A stretch of 64,000 nt of DNA from Mobula hypostoma (taxonomy: Eukaryota), in the NCBI RefSeq assembly GCF_963921235.1, contig NC_086097.1, forward strand, positions 230,332,001-230,396,000. The letters are read 5' to 3'. Position numbers and translations under genes: made by a program. Below, one piece after another: positions 1 to 13,885 of this stretch. The first letter of the stretch is position 1, and every line of letters starts with the position of its first letter. The notes under the pieces are model-generated. The model was not told the origin of the DNA and did no database searches. It was given only the letters and a program-made list of their open reading frames with translations.

Positions 1-989
1 GTTCAGGTGAAACTAATCTGCAACGAAATCATTAGTCTGCATGAGAAGTAGCAAATCTTGTGAATGTGATCATTTAAAAAAATATTCCTCAGCAAGATTT
101 TTCACATTTATGGTGACACGTGAAGGCTGAAAATGAACAATAATCCCACAATCTATTGTTGGAATTTACATAGCATCACAAATTGTGGTAAAGTCAAGTT
201 CTGATATTTTGGGGGAAGGAGCAGGTAAGTCCATCTAGCTATAAAATTGAAAAGACAAAGGTTGCAATAACCATACTGAGTTTACACCAGGTTTCCTTAA
301 TGGGTTTTTCAGGGTCTATGCTCCATAAATCTACCTGAACTGCAGAGCAAGCAGGCAACACCAAATGACCTGCTCCTGCTGTGACTTTTGTTTCCATAGG
401 TCCAATCTGCTTGTTCAGATGAATAAAACTCAAAAATAGCAACTCCATTCAAGAAGCAACTTAGTTATTAATGTACTTAAGATATTAATTCTTTAAAGCT
501 TTCTGTAAAATGCGCCTTCCTCTTCACATCCTGCTATCTTCTCCAATTTCGATAAGTACATGCTTTGAAAGAAAGACCTTGAGATAGTTCGGGCTAAGAA
601 GCTCATTGTGGAAAAAGTTGTTGTTAAATACTAAGGTTGTGGCACATTAACACAAAATACTACCGAAAGATTGAGGCCACTAGTATTTAGTGTTCTTGGA
701 TGGAAGCAATAGTGATTAGCACTGTGTTTTTGGATGTATTTTTATTTGTTTTAAATAACTTACCAATTTGGATACCAATACTGCAATAAATCTTAACTAA
801 AAGCAAATTCCTTACTAGAAATCCACAATACTTTGTGGATGTTGTCTAACCAAAATTTATTTGCAATTTTTGGATTTACCAGATTTTGACTAATCACTAG
901 AGCCTTCCTTCATCCAGGCGTAGACAGAAAGTTCCCGAGTTAACTTGGAAATCTACGCTATTTGTTTCTAGTATTCATAAGTTCCTTAA

Positions 990-1563
990 GGTTGTCATAG
1001 CTGGGGGGTGGGTAGTGGGGATAAGCTCCCACTACCTATTAAATGCTCCAAATGACGTGTGTCTCAAATAGCCTCTGGCAACCAGTTCCAGCTCCTGGCT
1101 AAGACTGGTGGAACCATTTCTACTAACAGGAGAAAGGGCAAAGGTGAGTTACTAGTGCCTTAAAACCAGCCACTTCGGGCATTTAGGCTCGTCAGCAATG
1201 GTTGGCAGCTAGGAGAAGAAAAACTCTGATCTCAAACCTCCACTACCTTGCGGCTATACCCACTCAACGGGAAGGCTTTGGGAGTAAAGCCAGCGGAAAA
1301 ATCCAGAGCTGAATTCCCTAAGGCAGTCCTTCATTGAGTTCAATGCTGACTGGCAACTCCTGCGACACTGCTGATACCAAACTGTATTGGTCACCGCCGT
1401 TCCTTTGGGTTCATCAACTGCGTGGGTGGGGGGGGTGCCCTGCTACATGGGCGTCAGCTTGTTCTCCATATCATACTGCCCTGGCTTGTGTGCTGGTTTG
1501 TGTATCATGTAGACAGCTGGCATGCAGCATCCATGGTCAACCTCAACCAATAGAGGGCCTCAT
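990..1563 (+). mobile_element. Non-autonomous retroelement/SINE-like repeat, probably RTE-related
   Basis: Contains ctaggagaagaaaaactctgatctcaaacc, resembling RTE 5' UTR sequence as recalled; its 3' part (1360-1560) resembles the 3' part of the SINE at 30365-30680. Confidence 0.45.
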
Positions 1564-1800
1564 ACGTCAAAAGGTAACTCTTGAATTCATGATCTCCCAA
1601 CCACCTCATGACCCTCGGACCTCATTTGTCCACCTGTGTAGCTAGCACTTTCTTTGTAACTGCATTCTGTTTTCTTTTTTCAAACCTCCCTTGATATTAT
1701 TGTGTATGGCATGATCAGAATGGCAGAACGCTTTTCACTGTAACTCGGTATCTGTGACAATAATAAACTAATACTAATCAGTGTTATGTATCCACCAGAT

Positions 1801-1880
1801 CAGGGGTTCCCAACCTGGGGTCCGTGGATTTCTTGGTTAACGATAGGGGTCCATGACATAAAAACGGTTGTGAACCCCTG
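1801..1880. mobile_element. 80-bp hAT-type MITE
   Basis: TIRs caggggttcccaacc / ggttgtgaacccctg; degenerate 8-bp TSD caccagat/cactcgat. A related copy lies at 41606-41685. Confidence 0.7.
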
Positions 1881-2003
1881 CACTCGATCAACCTTGATGT
1901 TGTGACATTACCCTTCTTCTACTGTCGGTGTCACTATTCACACCAGACTTGAAAAAGCAAATTGTAATGCATTTTTTTTTCCTCGAAGAACTGTGTGCGC
2001 TTA

Positions 2004-2563
2004 CGCTCAGTGGCTGCTTTATCAAGTACACCTATATACACGCTTATTAATGCAAATAGCTAATCAGCCAATCATGCGGCAGCAATTCAACGCATAAAGA
2101 AACATGTAGACATGGTCAAGAGGTTCAGTTGTTGTTCAGACCAAACATCAGAATGGAAAAGAAATGTGATCCAAGTGACTTTGTCCGTGGAATGATTGTT
2201 GGTGCCAGACGGGCTGGTTTGAGTATCTCAGAAACTGCTGATCTGGGAATTTTTATGCACAGAAGTCTCTGGAGTTTACAGAGAACTGTGCAAAAATCAG
2301 AAGACATCTAGTGAACGGCAGTTTTGTGTGTGAAAAGATATTGTTAATGAGAGAGGTCAGAGGAGAATGGCCAGTCTGGTTCAAGCTGACAGGAAAGCGA
2401 CAGTAACCCCAATAACCACACGTTGCAACAGTGGTGTGCAGAGGAGCATCTCTGAATACACCACATATCAAACCTCGAAGTAGGTGGGCTGCAGCAGCAG
2501 TAAACCATGAGCGTACACTCAATGGTCACTTTATTAAGTATCTAATCAAGTGGCCACTGAGTG
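2004..2563 (+). mobile_element. Non-autonomous Tc1/mariner element with N-terminal transposase remnant
   Basis: TA-c(g)ctcagtggc ... gccactgagtg ends; ORF 2129..2311 reads SDFVRGMIVGARRAGLSISETADL (paired-like HTH of Tc1 transposases). Confidence 0.75.
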
Positions 2564-3029
2564 TTTGCTGGAGCAGGAATAGAACCTGAGTTAAGGTAAT
2601 CCATTTCAGGCCTCTGACACATTCACAATAATCAAATACATGAGGTGTTTGATAATTTATTGCTGCATCCTTTGTTAACATGCTGATCAACTTCTGCACA
2701 TATGACAGTACTGGATTATGTTTAATGTATCCCAATCCAGAATTTTTTTGGTCCAGCTGTTTCAAATTTGCTTCTTTCAATAGCAGTGTAAAGTAAGTTC
2801 AGGTAGAATAATCTAAAATAACAGAGCTATTTCCTGTATGTCTTAGTAATTCAAAGGCTATTGTGATCTGATACTGTATTGTGGTTTTGGTCATAAGCAC
2901 ATTTAGGGATAATGTCAGATCCAACTCATGTCCTATTGCTGTGTTACAGAATTCTAGGAAATTAAAACAACTTGACTGAAGTCATTTTCACATGGTGAAA
3001 TTCACGCGAAAAACTTGAAGTAATACCTA

Positions 3030-3128
<99 letters not shown>

Positions 3129-3424
3129 CTAAGAGAGAAAAACAACATCTCAAACTTTGGGAAAATTGATAAAACTACCATACACAGCAAGTCAGTGCAG
3201 TCTTCACAACATTAACCATTTACTTGCACACACTTACTCATATGGTTCATTATAACGTCTTCCACATTTGCTCCCAGGTTGTTTCAATATTTCAGTTATC
3301 TACACATCTACTTTAATGCTTTCTATTTATCTTCCACCTGTCACCTGTGCCACCCAAGGCTTGGAGAGATGCCTATACATGTGAAAGCTTTGGGTCTGAC
3401 ATACTCGAATTACTGACCTTGGAG

Positions 3425-4030
3425 TTCAGAACCAGAATTAGGTTTAATATCACTGGCATATGTCGTGAAATTTGTCGTTCAGTGGCAGCAGTGCAGTGCA
3501 GTACATAATAGTATAAACTATAAATTACAGTAAGTATATATAAAATATAAATTAAATAAGTAGCGCATAAAGAGAGGTGGATAACTGAGATAGTGTTCAT
3601 GGGTTTGTTGTCCATTTAGAAATCTGATTGTGGAGGGGAAAAAGCAGTTCCTGAAACTTTGAGTGTGTTCATTCAGGCTTCTGTACCTCCTCCTCGACGG
3701 TAGCGATGGGAAGAAGACATGTCCTGGGTGATGGGGGTCCTCAATGATGGATGCTGCCTTTTTGAGGCATCACCTTTTGAAGGCGGCCTGGATGCTGGAG
3801 AGGCTGGTGCCCACGATGGAGCTGGCAGAGTTTACTACTTTCCGCAGCTTTTCCGATTCTGTGCACCGACACCCCCCCCCCGCCACCCCGCCATACCAGA
3901 TGGTGATGAAATAAGTTAGAATGCTCACCACAGTACGTCTGTAGAAATTTGTGAGTGTCTTTGGTGACATCCTAATTCTCCTCAAACTCCTAATGAAATA
4001 TAGCTGCTATCGTGCCTTCTTTGTAACTGC
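3425..4030 (-). mobile_element. Rex1/Babar-like LINE 3' fragment
   Basis: ORF 3770..3985 MSPKTLTNFYRRTVVSILT..ITIWYG...LRKVVNSASSIVG, the typical Rex1 RT C-terminus. Confidence 0.7.
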
Positions 4031-4039
4031 ACAAAAAGA

Positions 4040-4395
4040 CTGTAAGGTCATAAGACACAGCAGAATTAGGCCACCTGGCCCTCAGAGTCTGCTCCACCAT
4101 TTGATCACGGCTGAATTACTTTCCCACTCAACTCCATTCTCTGCCTTCTCCAGGTAAGCTTTGACATCCTTGCTAATCAGGAACCTATCAACCTTCACTT
4201 TAAATATACTGCCGTGGCGGCAATCTGTAGCATTGAATTCTGTAGATTCACCGCCCTCTGGCCAAAGAAGTTTCTCCACAGTATGTTCTAAAGGGATGTC
4301 CTTCTATACTGAGGCTGTGACCCCTCGTCCAAGACTCTCCCATTATTGGAAACATCCTCCCCACCTCCACTCTATCTAGGGCTTTCAATATTCGA
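4040..4395 (-). mobile_element. CR1 LINE 3' fragment
   Basis: IFKVKVDRFLISKDVKAY CR1 ORF2 tail and CR1 3' UTR. Confidence 0.7.
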
Positions 4396-6409
4396 TACAA
4401 ATTTAGTGCCCATTCGTTCCGTTGGATAAGTCAAACTAGCAGGAAGCCAGTTTTCAAGGCAACAGGCACTGCAGCCTTCCTTGACAATACTTGCCTTCAA
4501 AAGCCTAGCAGACCTGTACCATACATGGAATGCTCTGGATTCACAAACAAACAGAAAATGCATGATTCCTTATACACTTGGTTTTGAGTTAAGAAGTGAT
4601 AATGAAATTCAACTTCTTGTTAATCCACTCATGAGCAAAGCTGTTGGCAACAGAAAATATTTCTCTTTTTTCCTTCCCTTAAACCGCACAGGATAGGAAA
4701 AAGCAGTACTATTTTAGGAAAGCATTTGTTAGGGACAGATAAGGGACTTAGCAGTACAGTGGCAGTGACATGAAACTACTTCAATCATTTCAGGTGTGTT
4801 CCAGCTCTATCTACATACTTTGTCATGCAAACACTAATTCCAAAATGTAGAAACTACTTGATAATATGCATAACCATTTCTTGATACTTATTGCTCATTT
4901 ATTATTATTTTTTCTGTATGTTAGTCTCCCCTTTTGCTGTGATACAGGTAACATCTCCCTGTCCATTGTTAGTGAGAGAGAGAGCCTGTGGCATGTCAAA
5001 CTGTTGGGCAAGCTTTAGTTTTTGTTGACTGCAGGTCATGGTCTCTCTTTGGGGTTTGCTGTTGCTTGGCTGGAGGTGGGCTTTGACGCTTTCTGCTGAA
5101 ATAGGTGGAGGGGGAGGTTGATGCTTTGGCTGCAGCTTGTGCTTGGGAGGAGGCTTTGGGGTTCAACTGGTTTCCTGTTGTTCATTCTTTGGGGTACTCT
5201 TCTGTTTTTCACGGATGTCTATGAAGAGTAAGATTTTCAGGTTGTATACTGTAAACATTCACTGATATTAAAATGGAACCATTTGAACCATTTTTGTATT
5301 TGCATGCTGGTTGAACACCTACTAATTCTAATATGGTTAATATTCAGTTATGGATTTATTGAGTATGCCTGCAAGAAAATGAAACTCAGGGTTGCATATG
5401 ACGGCATAGGCAAATTAATTATAGCAAGTGGACGATTACAGAAAAATTTTTGTGAAAACAAGGTAATTCAAATAGTGCATTACAGGCCATAGGAACACAA
5501 ACAACAGTAAAATATTTTATTCAAGAGTACATCGAAGAGCTTGGTTTGTACTATCCTACTCCGTTCTGCATTGTTGTTGGTAGAAAACAAAAAACACTCA
5601 TTGAAAGTGAGCTAGTAATTTTGATTTACTGCCCAAATAAATTCTTTCCCAAGCAGCTTTATCAGCTGAAATTCTGATGGATTTGGAATAAAGTTAGGGA
5701 TTTCCAAGAAAAAGCGAGATTTTATTTAGTCAAATAGCCCTCTTCAGTATTTTATCTTGGATTTATATTTGCTTATAAAACAGTAAGACGAAAATTGGGT
5801 AATATATTTGAAATGTAGTTTTCACTGACAACATGTAATACAGATCCTCACCATTTTCTGCAATTAAGATTACTTTATGTACGAAATTTCTAAATATTTG
5901 CAGAGTTGCACAAATTTGAAATTGATACAAATTCATCTAACTAGGCATTAACTATCTATGACAGGATAATGTTGACTCATTGTGATTTTGTCTGCACTGC
6001 AGAGATGAATAAATTGCTAATCAAAATACAAAATTAAAAATAGAGTGCAGGGCTGTTCATTGCACCAGAAAGGCATCTGTCAATTATCATATCGTACTGA
6101 AATAAAAATGTAATGACATCAGGTTTGAAAATGCAACATGTAAGGCTGGTATGCAGCTACTCAAAATACAAACAAAAGAGGTGGCATCAATCCAAAATGA
6201 CTGGCAGCGAACAGCACTTTACTGATCTATTCCAAATGTACTTTTGCCGGCTGAATTGTGTTGTCCTTTAGCCAGAATTGGAATGTCTTTCGTAAACAAG
6301 CTCTCAAAAACCCTTCATTCAAACTTTCATTCATTCCTGGTTGCCTTATTATGGGAATAATGTCATTGTTTTATAGAGGGTGCAGAGGAGATTTACCAAG
6401 ATGCCCAAA

Positions 6410-6985
6410 GGCAAGAAAATCTGCGGATGCTGGAAATCCAAACAACACTCACAAAATACGGAAGGAACGCGCAGGCCAGGTAGCATCGATGGAAAAGAGT
6501 AAACGGTCGATGTTTTGGGCCAAGACCCTTTATCAGGACTGATGATGCTACCTGGATTAGAGAGCATGTCTTATTAAGATCGGTTGAGCGAGCTAGGGCT
6601 TTCCTCTTTGGAGTGAAGGAGGATGAGAGGTGATTTGATAGATGGTACAAGATGATAAGCAGCAGAGATCGAGTGGATAGCCTGAGACTATTTTCTAGGG
6701 CAGAAATGGCTAATACAAGGGGGCATAATTTTAAGGTGAGTGGAGGGAAGTATGGGAGGGGATGTTCTTAATACAGAGAGTGGTGAGTGCATGGAATGTC
6801 ATGCCGGGTGTGATGGTAAAGGCAGGGACATTTAAGAATTGCTTAGAAAAGCACATTGATAATGAAAAAAAAGTGGTGGGCTACATAGGAGTGAAGGGTC
6901 AGATTAATTTTAAAGTACGTTATAAGGTCAGCACAACATTTTGGGCTGAAGGCCCTGTACTGTGCTGTAGTATTTTATGTTCTAG
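6410..6985. mobile_element. PLE pseudo-LTR fragment (6410-6541, -) abutting a CR1 3' fragment (6545-6985, +)
   Basis: The first part matches the PLE repeat family (aaatctgcggatgctgg...ccctttatcaggact); the second encodes CR1 ORF2 tail remnants (QRVVSAWN). Confidence 0.65.
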
Positions 6986-8249
6986 TGAAATATTATTAAT
7001 AAATAGTAGACGAGCACATCATGATTGAGATATCTTAAGGTCTACCTCCTGCATTTGGTAATAACAGACTCATTATCTTATTTATTTAAAAGAACACCTG
7101 AATTTCTCTTTTTAGCAGCAAGATAAGGCAGGCTCAGAATTTGCTTCACAATGCCCCAGAATCTGCTGACAGATGTGAGCTGCACATGTTCACTGCTGAC
7201 CTACTAAAAGTTTCCACCAACATCCTGTGTCTCCCTCAGTGAGAACTTGCTCAAGGAAATTGCTCAGTAGCAGGGCCATCTGTGATATAAATAGCTCCAC
7301 GTGGCAGGGGTAGAACAAACCACATCCACAATACAGGTGTAAATAGCACTGAATATCTTTCAGCCACTTACACTATTATTATGGAAACTAAGCCGAACTG
7401 CTCACAAAATTCAAATACTTAAAATATTTCAATAAAATCAAAACAGTTAAAAAATTTAAACTACAAAAACAGAGCCCCGCAGCTATTTGTTCTTATAGAA
7501 AATAATGAACTCCCTGTGACAGACACAAGTCTGTAGCAGATGGTTCAACATCAGAGTGCAATTGAAGTAAGGCCAGGGAATAGATGCCTGCAGGTTCATG
7601 ACTTGTGTGGTATGGAAATCCCAAATTTCCTGGCAGAGGAGAAGCCTGCAGCTGGATACAGAGCTGCCAACATACTCTCACTGAATCCAGGCCACCTAAT
7701 CTTGAACGTCCAACAATGAAGTTGCAAATTGGGCTTCTCTGCTTCCATAGTTATTTTTGTCGTACATCTTAAAATATGGAAATGTTTCAAACCGTGGAGA
7801 AACCATTAAAATAGATCTCTTGGAGCTTTGTGGAAATAATGCAAGCAAGCAAGATATTATAAGTGCTCCTGATAGAGACAGCTACAGAAGTGTCTGATCA
7901 GTCTCTTGCAGAAAAGAGATTGTTAATCAACAATGTTAAGAATTACATAATTTTGTGTTTTGAGAATTATAATTCAATTTAATATAATGCTTATGTGATA
8001 TGGACTATTATTACATTGTTAAATAATGTGGCAATTAAAAGCAACTTCTAAACAACCACATGAACAGAAATTATTCTATTGCAATGAACAGAGGGGATGT
8101 CAGAGTGTTTATAGTGCATGGAACGCACGATCGGGGTGGTGGTAGAGGCAGATACATTAAAGACTTTTAAGAGACTCTGAGACAGGAACATGGATGAAAG
8201 AAAAATGGAGGGCAACCTGGGAGGGGAGGGTTAGATTTGACTTGGAGTA

Positions 8250-10642
8250 CAGTACCTATAAAAAGTATTTCCCTCCCTTTGGAAGTTTTCACGTTTTATT
8301 GTTTTACAACATTGAACCACAGTGGATTTAATCTGGCTTTTTTGACACTGATCAACAGAAAAAGATTTGTGTCAAAGTGAGAAAAGATCTCTACATAGTG
8401 ATCTAAATTAATTACAGATATAAAACACAGAATAACTGATTGCATAAGTATTCACCCCCTTCAAGTCAGTATTTAGTAGATACACTTTTGGCAGCAATTA
8501 CAGCCTTGAGTTTGTGTGGATGGGTCTCTATCAGCTCTGCGCATCTGAGCACTGCAAAATTTCCCAATTATTCTTTACAAAACTGCTCAAGCTCTGTCAG
8601 ATTGCATGGGGATCATGAGTGAACAGCCCTTTTCAAGTCCAACCACAAATTCTCAATTAGATTGAGGTCTGGATCCTGACTTGGCCACTCCAGGACATTA
8701 ACTTTGTTGTTTTTAAGCCATTTCTGTGTAGCTTTGGCTTTATGCTTGGGATCATTTTCTTGCTGGAAAACAATTCTTTTTCCAAGTCACAGTTCCCCTG
8801 TAGACTGCATCAGGGTTTCCTACAGGATTTTCCTGTATTTTGCTGCATTCATTTTATGCTCTACCTTCACAAGCCTTCCAGAGCCTGCTGCAGTGAAGCA
8901 TCCCCACAGCACGATGGAGCCACCACCAGGCTTCACGGTAGGGATGGTGTGTTTTTGATGATGTGCAGCGTGAGGCTTACACCAAATATAGCTTTAGTCG
9001 GATGGCCAAAAACCTCAATTTTGGTTTCCTCAGACCATAGAACCTTCTTCCAGCTGACTTCAGAGTCTCCCACATGCCTTCTGGCAAACTCTAGCTGAGA
9101 TTTCATGAGAGTTTTTTTCCCCCAACAATGGCTTTCTCTTTGCCACTCTCCCATAAAGTTGCAACTGGAGTAGCACCCAGGCATCAGTTGTTTTATCTGC
9201 ACTCTCTCCCATCTCAGCCACTGAAGCTTGTAACTCCTCCACAGTTGTCATAGGTCTTTTGGTGGCCTCCCTCACGAATCCCCTTCTTACACGGTCACCC
9301 AGTCTTTGAGGACGGCCTGCTCTGGGCAAATTTACAGCTGTGCCTTCTTTACAGTATATTCTTTTCATTTCTTGATAATTGACTTAACTGTAATCCAAGG
9401 CAGGGGTCCCCAACCTTTTTTGCAGCACGGACCAGTTTAATATTGACAATATTCTTGTGGACCGACCGACCGGTTGTGGGGGCGGGGGAGGATCTTCAAG
9501 TAGGGTTAAACTCACCTCAACATGTCTTTTACAGTTAGAGTTGCCAACTTTCTCAAAATAAGGGACAAAAGTAGCAGTCAAATATGGGACACTTGGGTTT
9601 ACCCCGAGAAAGACTACCATGACCATGAAGCCTTGTGTGGGCACCTGTGTGCGCATGCGCGTACGTGCCGATTCTTATCCCCCCACAAATCGGTTTTGGT
9701 TTAATCTTCCCGACTATACTGTACATATATTATTTCTACTTTATATAGGCTGTGTATTCATCATATCATTCCTGCTTTTACAATATGTTAGTGTTATTTT
9801 AGGTTTTATGTGTTATTTGGTATGATTTGCTAGGTTATTTTTTGGGTCTGGGAACGCTCAAAAAATTTTCCCATATAAATTAATGGTAACTGCTTCTTTG
9901 CTTTACACCATTTCGGCACGAAAGGCTTCATAGGAACGCCCTACCTTAGTGGGGGAAATACGGGACAAGGGTAGTCCCGTATGGGACAAACCAATTTAGC
10001 CCATTATGGGGATGTCCCGGCAAATTCAGGACAGTTGGCAACCCTATGTTTAAGTTCAACAGTGCGTGACAGGGAATGAGGAAAGGTGAAGCTGACTCAT
10101 ATCGTTTCCTCACGGCCCGGTAGCACATGCTTTGCGGCCCGGTGGTTGGGGACTGTTGCTCCAAGGGATATTCAGTGACTTGGAGATTTTCTGGTATCCA
10201 TCTCCCGACTTGTACTTTTCAGAAACCTTTTTGTGGAGTTGCTTAGAGTGTTCTTTTGTCCTCATGGTGTAGTTTTTGTCAGGATACTGACTCACCAGCA
10301 GCTGGGCCTTCCAGATACCGATGTTTTTTTTATTATAATCAATTGAAACACCTTGACTGCAATGGTAATTATGTGGCTTCTAAAACCAATTGGTTACACC
10401 AGTAGTGATTTGGTGTGTCATATGAAAGGGGGGTGAATAGTTATGCAATCAATTATTTTGTGTTTTATATTTGTAATTAATTTAGATTACTTTGTAGAGA
10501 TTGGTTTTCACTTTGACACGAAAAGTCGTTTTCTGTTGATCACTGTCAAAAAAAAGCCAAATTAAACCCACTGAGATTCAATGTTGTAAAACAATAAAAC
10601 ATGAAAACTTCCAAATGGGGTGACTACCTTTTATAGGCACTG
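8250..10642 (-). mobile_element. Near full-length degenerate Tc1 transposon with long TIRs, interrupted by a hAT element and itself inserted in a CR1 3' fragment
   Basis: TA TSD at 8248-8249 and 10643-10644; ~210-bp TIRs starting CAGT. Transposase pseudogene ~10265 to 8467: MRTKEHSKQ...[64 protein letters not shown]; contains stops and frameshifts. Confidence 0.9.
9401..10158. mobile_element. Non-autonomous hAT (Charlie/Buster-type) element inserted in the Tc1 transposase
   Basis: caggggtccccaacc left end, ggttggggactgttg right end, 8-bp TSD atccaagg/ctccaagg. Internal inverted termini (tagagttgccaac ~9536, gttggcaacccta ~10033-10045) suggest a further nested MITE. Confidence 0.85.
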
Positions 10643-11108
10643 TAAGTTTAAAAAATTGGTACAACATCATGGGCCCTGGGACCTGTAATGTTTTATACTG
10701 TTCTATGAATGTGTCTATGTGGAGTTAATGTTGGAAAGGTATCTGTTTAAGGGCCAACAGAACTCAACAGTCACTTTCCACTCTGTACAATTGTCTAATT
10801 GTGACACACACAGTAGAGTTGGTGCCTCACAACTCCAGTTCAATTCTGATCTCTAGTGCTGTCTTTATGGAGTTTGCATGTTCTCACTGGCTCTCTAGTT
10901 TCCTGCCACATCCCAAAGAGATACACAGTCTATGTAAGTGAGAGATGCTGGCTATATGGAGAAATCAGGTTAATGGAAAATTAGTGAGGGATGGGATTGC
11001 TCTGTGCCGTCTACAGGTCAATGGAGTGAAATACCCTCCTCCTATGTCATAAGTGAAACACCACACCTTTTTTGCAGAGAACCTAGGCAGCAATTCAGTT
11101 ATTTATTA

Positions 11109-11381
<273 letters not shown>

Positions 11382-13604
11382 TCATCACTAAACACAAAAT
11401 TTCATAAAATATTGTTGTGTTATTATCCAAAATTGCAAAATAGCAATGGCCGACCTGAAACTATATCTGAACCTGCAAGTATCTCAATGCGGAGGGTTTC
11501 AAAGCTTACAGAACATTATAAATGAAGTGGAACAATTCCGCTAGGCTCCAGTGGATAGAGGGTTGAGTACTTCTGATATTGGGCTGCTGCCAAAAACTAG
11601 TCCACAATTTTGTACTTCAATTGCAGTAGTCTCCGCAGATGTGGAGTACCATCTAACTGCCCAGTCTTCATAACCTGATAGTAAAACAATGGGCTTTACT
11701 CTGGATGTTGTGAGTCTTGTATTAATGAACTTTTGCCAGTGGAATAACTGCTATGATTCTATTAGTCAAGTATCAGAAACACTTCAGAATTGTCAGCATG
11801 TGTACGGTAACTCTGGCAGAACACCTGAAGCTGATAGTCATATCTGCCACATTTATCCAATTCCCACCAACTTTACCTCAGCAGATCAAGAAAACTTGAA
11901 AGAAAGGCCCAAACAGAAAAGATTTTACAGATGCTAGAAATCCAGAGCAACACACACAAAATGCTGGAGGAACTCAGCAGGTCAGGCAGCATCTCTGGAA
12001 ATGAATAAACAATTGAACGAAGTCCCGATAAAGGGTCTTGACTTGAAATGTTGACTGTTTATTCCTCTCCATATACCTGGCTATCTTCTAGCAAGATGTA
12101 GTCTCAAGTCAAATTTCTATTCAGATCAGCAGCTCACCTGCTGAGTTTCTCCAACATTTTGTGCGTGTTACTTTTTAAGAAAAGCTACAAGTTTCTTCAA
12201 GAACTACAGCCAACTGGAATGGCTGGAGATGAAAAAAAAAAATTCTCTTTTTGGTCGCTTCATTCTAAGCAATTAAAAACTGTACTAGATCCGAGGTTAA
12301 TATAAATGGCAGACAGAAAAATTTCTGCAACAAATCAGGCACAGAAATCAAAGAATCAGCTGTAACTTAGTAAATACAGCAAAGGTCAAGATATTCTTGG
12401 CTAAGTATGGAATCACATCACTAAAAATTTACAAACAGTAAAAGCAAAGTAAAACTACTTCTTCCAAACTACCTCTCATATTGATAGGAAAGAATGGGGC
12501 TCAGGAATGGTGACTTATCCTATCACTGGCTTCCACCAATATCACTTAAATGAACACTAAATGTTCCTGTCCCCTGTTTATTAATTCCTAGCTGGCTTCT
12601 TTCCCAATCTTTCCCTATATTTGATTTGCTTCCTTTGCCAATTATCCCTCTTTCCAGGACCCCTTCCACTTTCTTCCCAAATTATATACACATTTCATGC
12701 TTACCTTTGTATTCGTAGTACAGTGTTCAGTGTTCACCACTCTTGAAATGGAAGTTTCCATTTCATATGTACTGGGGCTAATCTACTTGCACCTCAATAC
12801 CCTCTCTACCCACCAACCAGAGCCCTTTTACAAGTTTCAGGGTAAAATGTGAGACAAAGTCTGCTTTGAGTAGAAACGTGACCTGAGACAACATCTTGAT
12901 TATACGGAAGCATCTGTGAATGTTTCAAGTTGATAACCTCATCCACGGATAATACCCAACTTGCAGCATTTTCATTTTCTATTGTATATTTCCAGTACCT
13001 GCTGCATTTTACATCTGCCTGATAACAGCTCTGTGAAGAGGTAAGGAATACTCTATGGAACTTAATGAGCTTTATAAATGCAAATTGAAATAAACCTGGT
13101 AATCTATTGTCAGAGTTGGGCAAGTAGTCGGTAACCTGCTGTTGATAAACCTGTCAGTTTATCACTCTACAGCCTAGAAACGACCTCAAAAGGGGTGACT
13201 GGAGAGTTGAAACCACTCACAGGCAATGCCAAATAGATCTGTAACCCAATCCACAATAAGTGACACACACAAAACGCTGGAGGAACTCAGCAGGTCAGGC
13301 AGCACCTGCGGAGAGGAATAAACAGTTGACGAGGCCCTTCATCCCTAACAAGTGAGTTGTTCTTAGCTGGATATAAGCAGCAGGCAACTTGCCCTTTTCA
13401 TTGACTCACTTTGTTTTAGCCTGCTGAGCTACAATGACTTCTAGACATAAAGTTATGTTTCCAAAATAATGAATTCTGCCAACCCACATCTAAAGAATTT
13501 AGATCAAGGCAAAGTGCAGGTTTCGACAGGGAGAGCAGACAGTTTAAAGGAAATCAGCAGGATTCCGTGTTGGAGTATGACATGGGGAAATATTTATTTA
13601 TATT

Positions 13605-13885
13605 TATGTTATTTTATTGAGATATAGTGCAGAATAGGCCCTCTGTCCCTTCGCGCCATGGTACCCAGCAATCTCCTGATCTAATCCTAGCCTAATTATG
13701 GGACAATTTACAATAACCAATTAACCTACCCACCAGTATGTCTTTAGACTGTGGGAGGAAACTGGAGCACCCGGAGGAAACCCACGTGGTCACGGGGAGA
13801 ACGTACAAACTCCTAACAGGCAGTGGTAGGAATTGAACCCAACTCGCCGGTACTGTAAAGCATTGTGCGAACCACTATGCTACCC
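13605..13885 (-). mobile_element. tRNA-derived V-SINE (HE1-like); related copies at ~10805-11060(+), 35530-35655(-), 46710-46800(+), 47535-47725(+), 50780-51040(-), 55145-55445(+)
   Basis: tRNA-like head with A/B boxes (tagcatagtggtt...gggttcaattcc) followed by the V-domain gtttgtacgttctccccgtg...gggtttcctccgggtgctccagtttcctccca. Confidence 0.75.

Noticed and set aside
13820..13885. tRNA genes at SINE heads (also ~30620-30680, 31850-31915, 55155-55215)
   Set aside because: A/B boxes are present but the cloverleafs are degenerate and run directly into SINE bodies.
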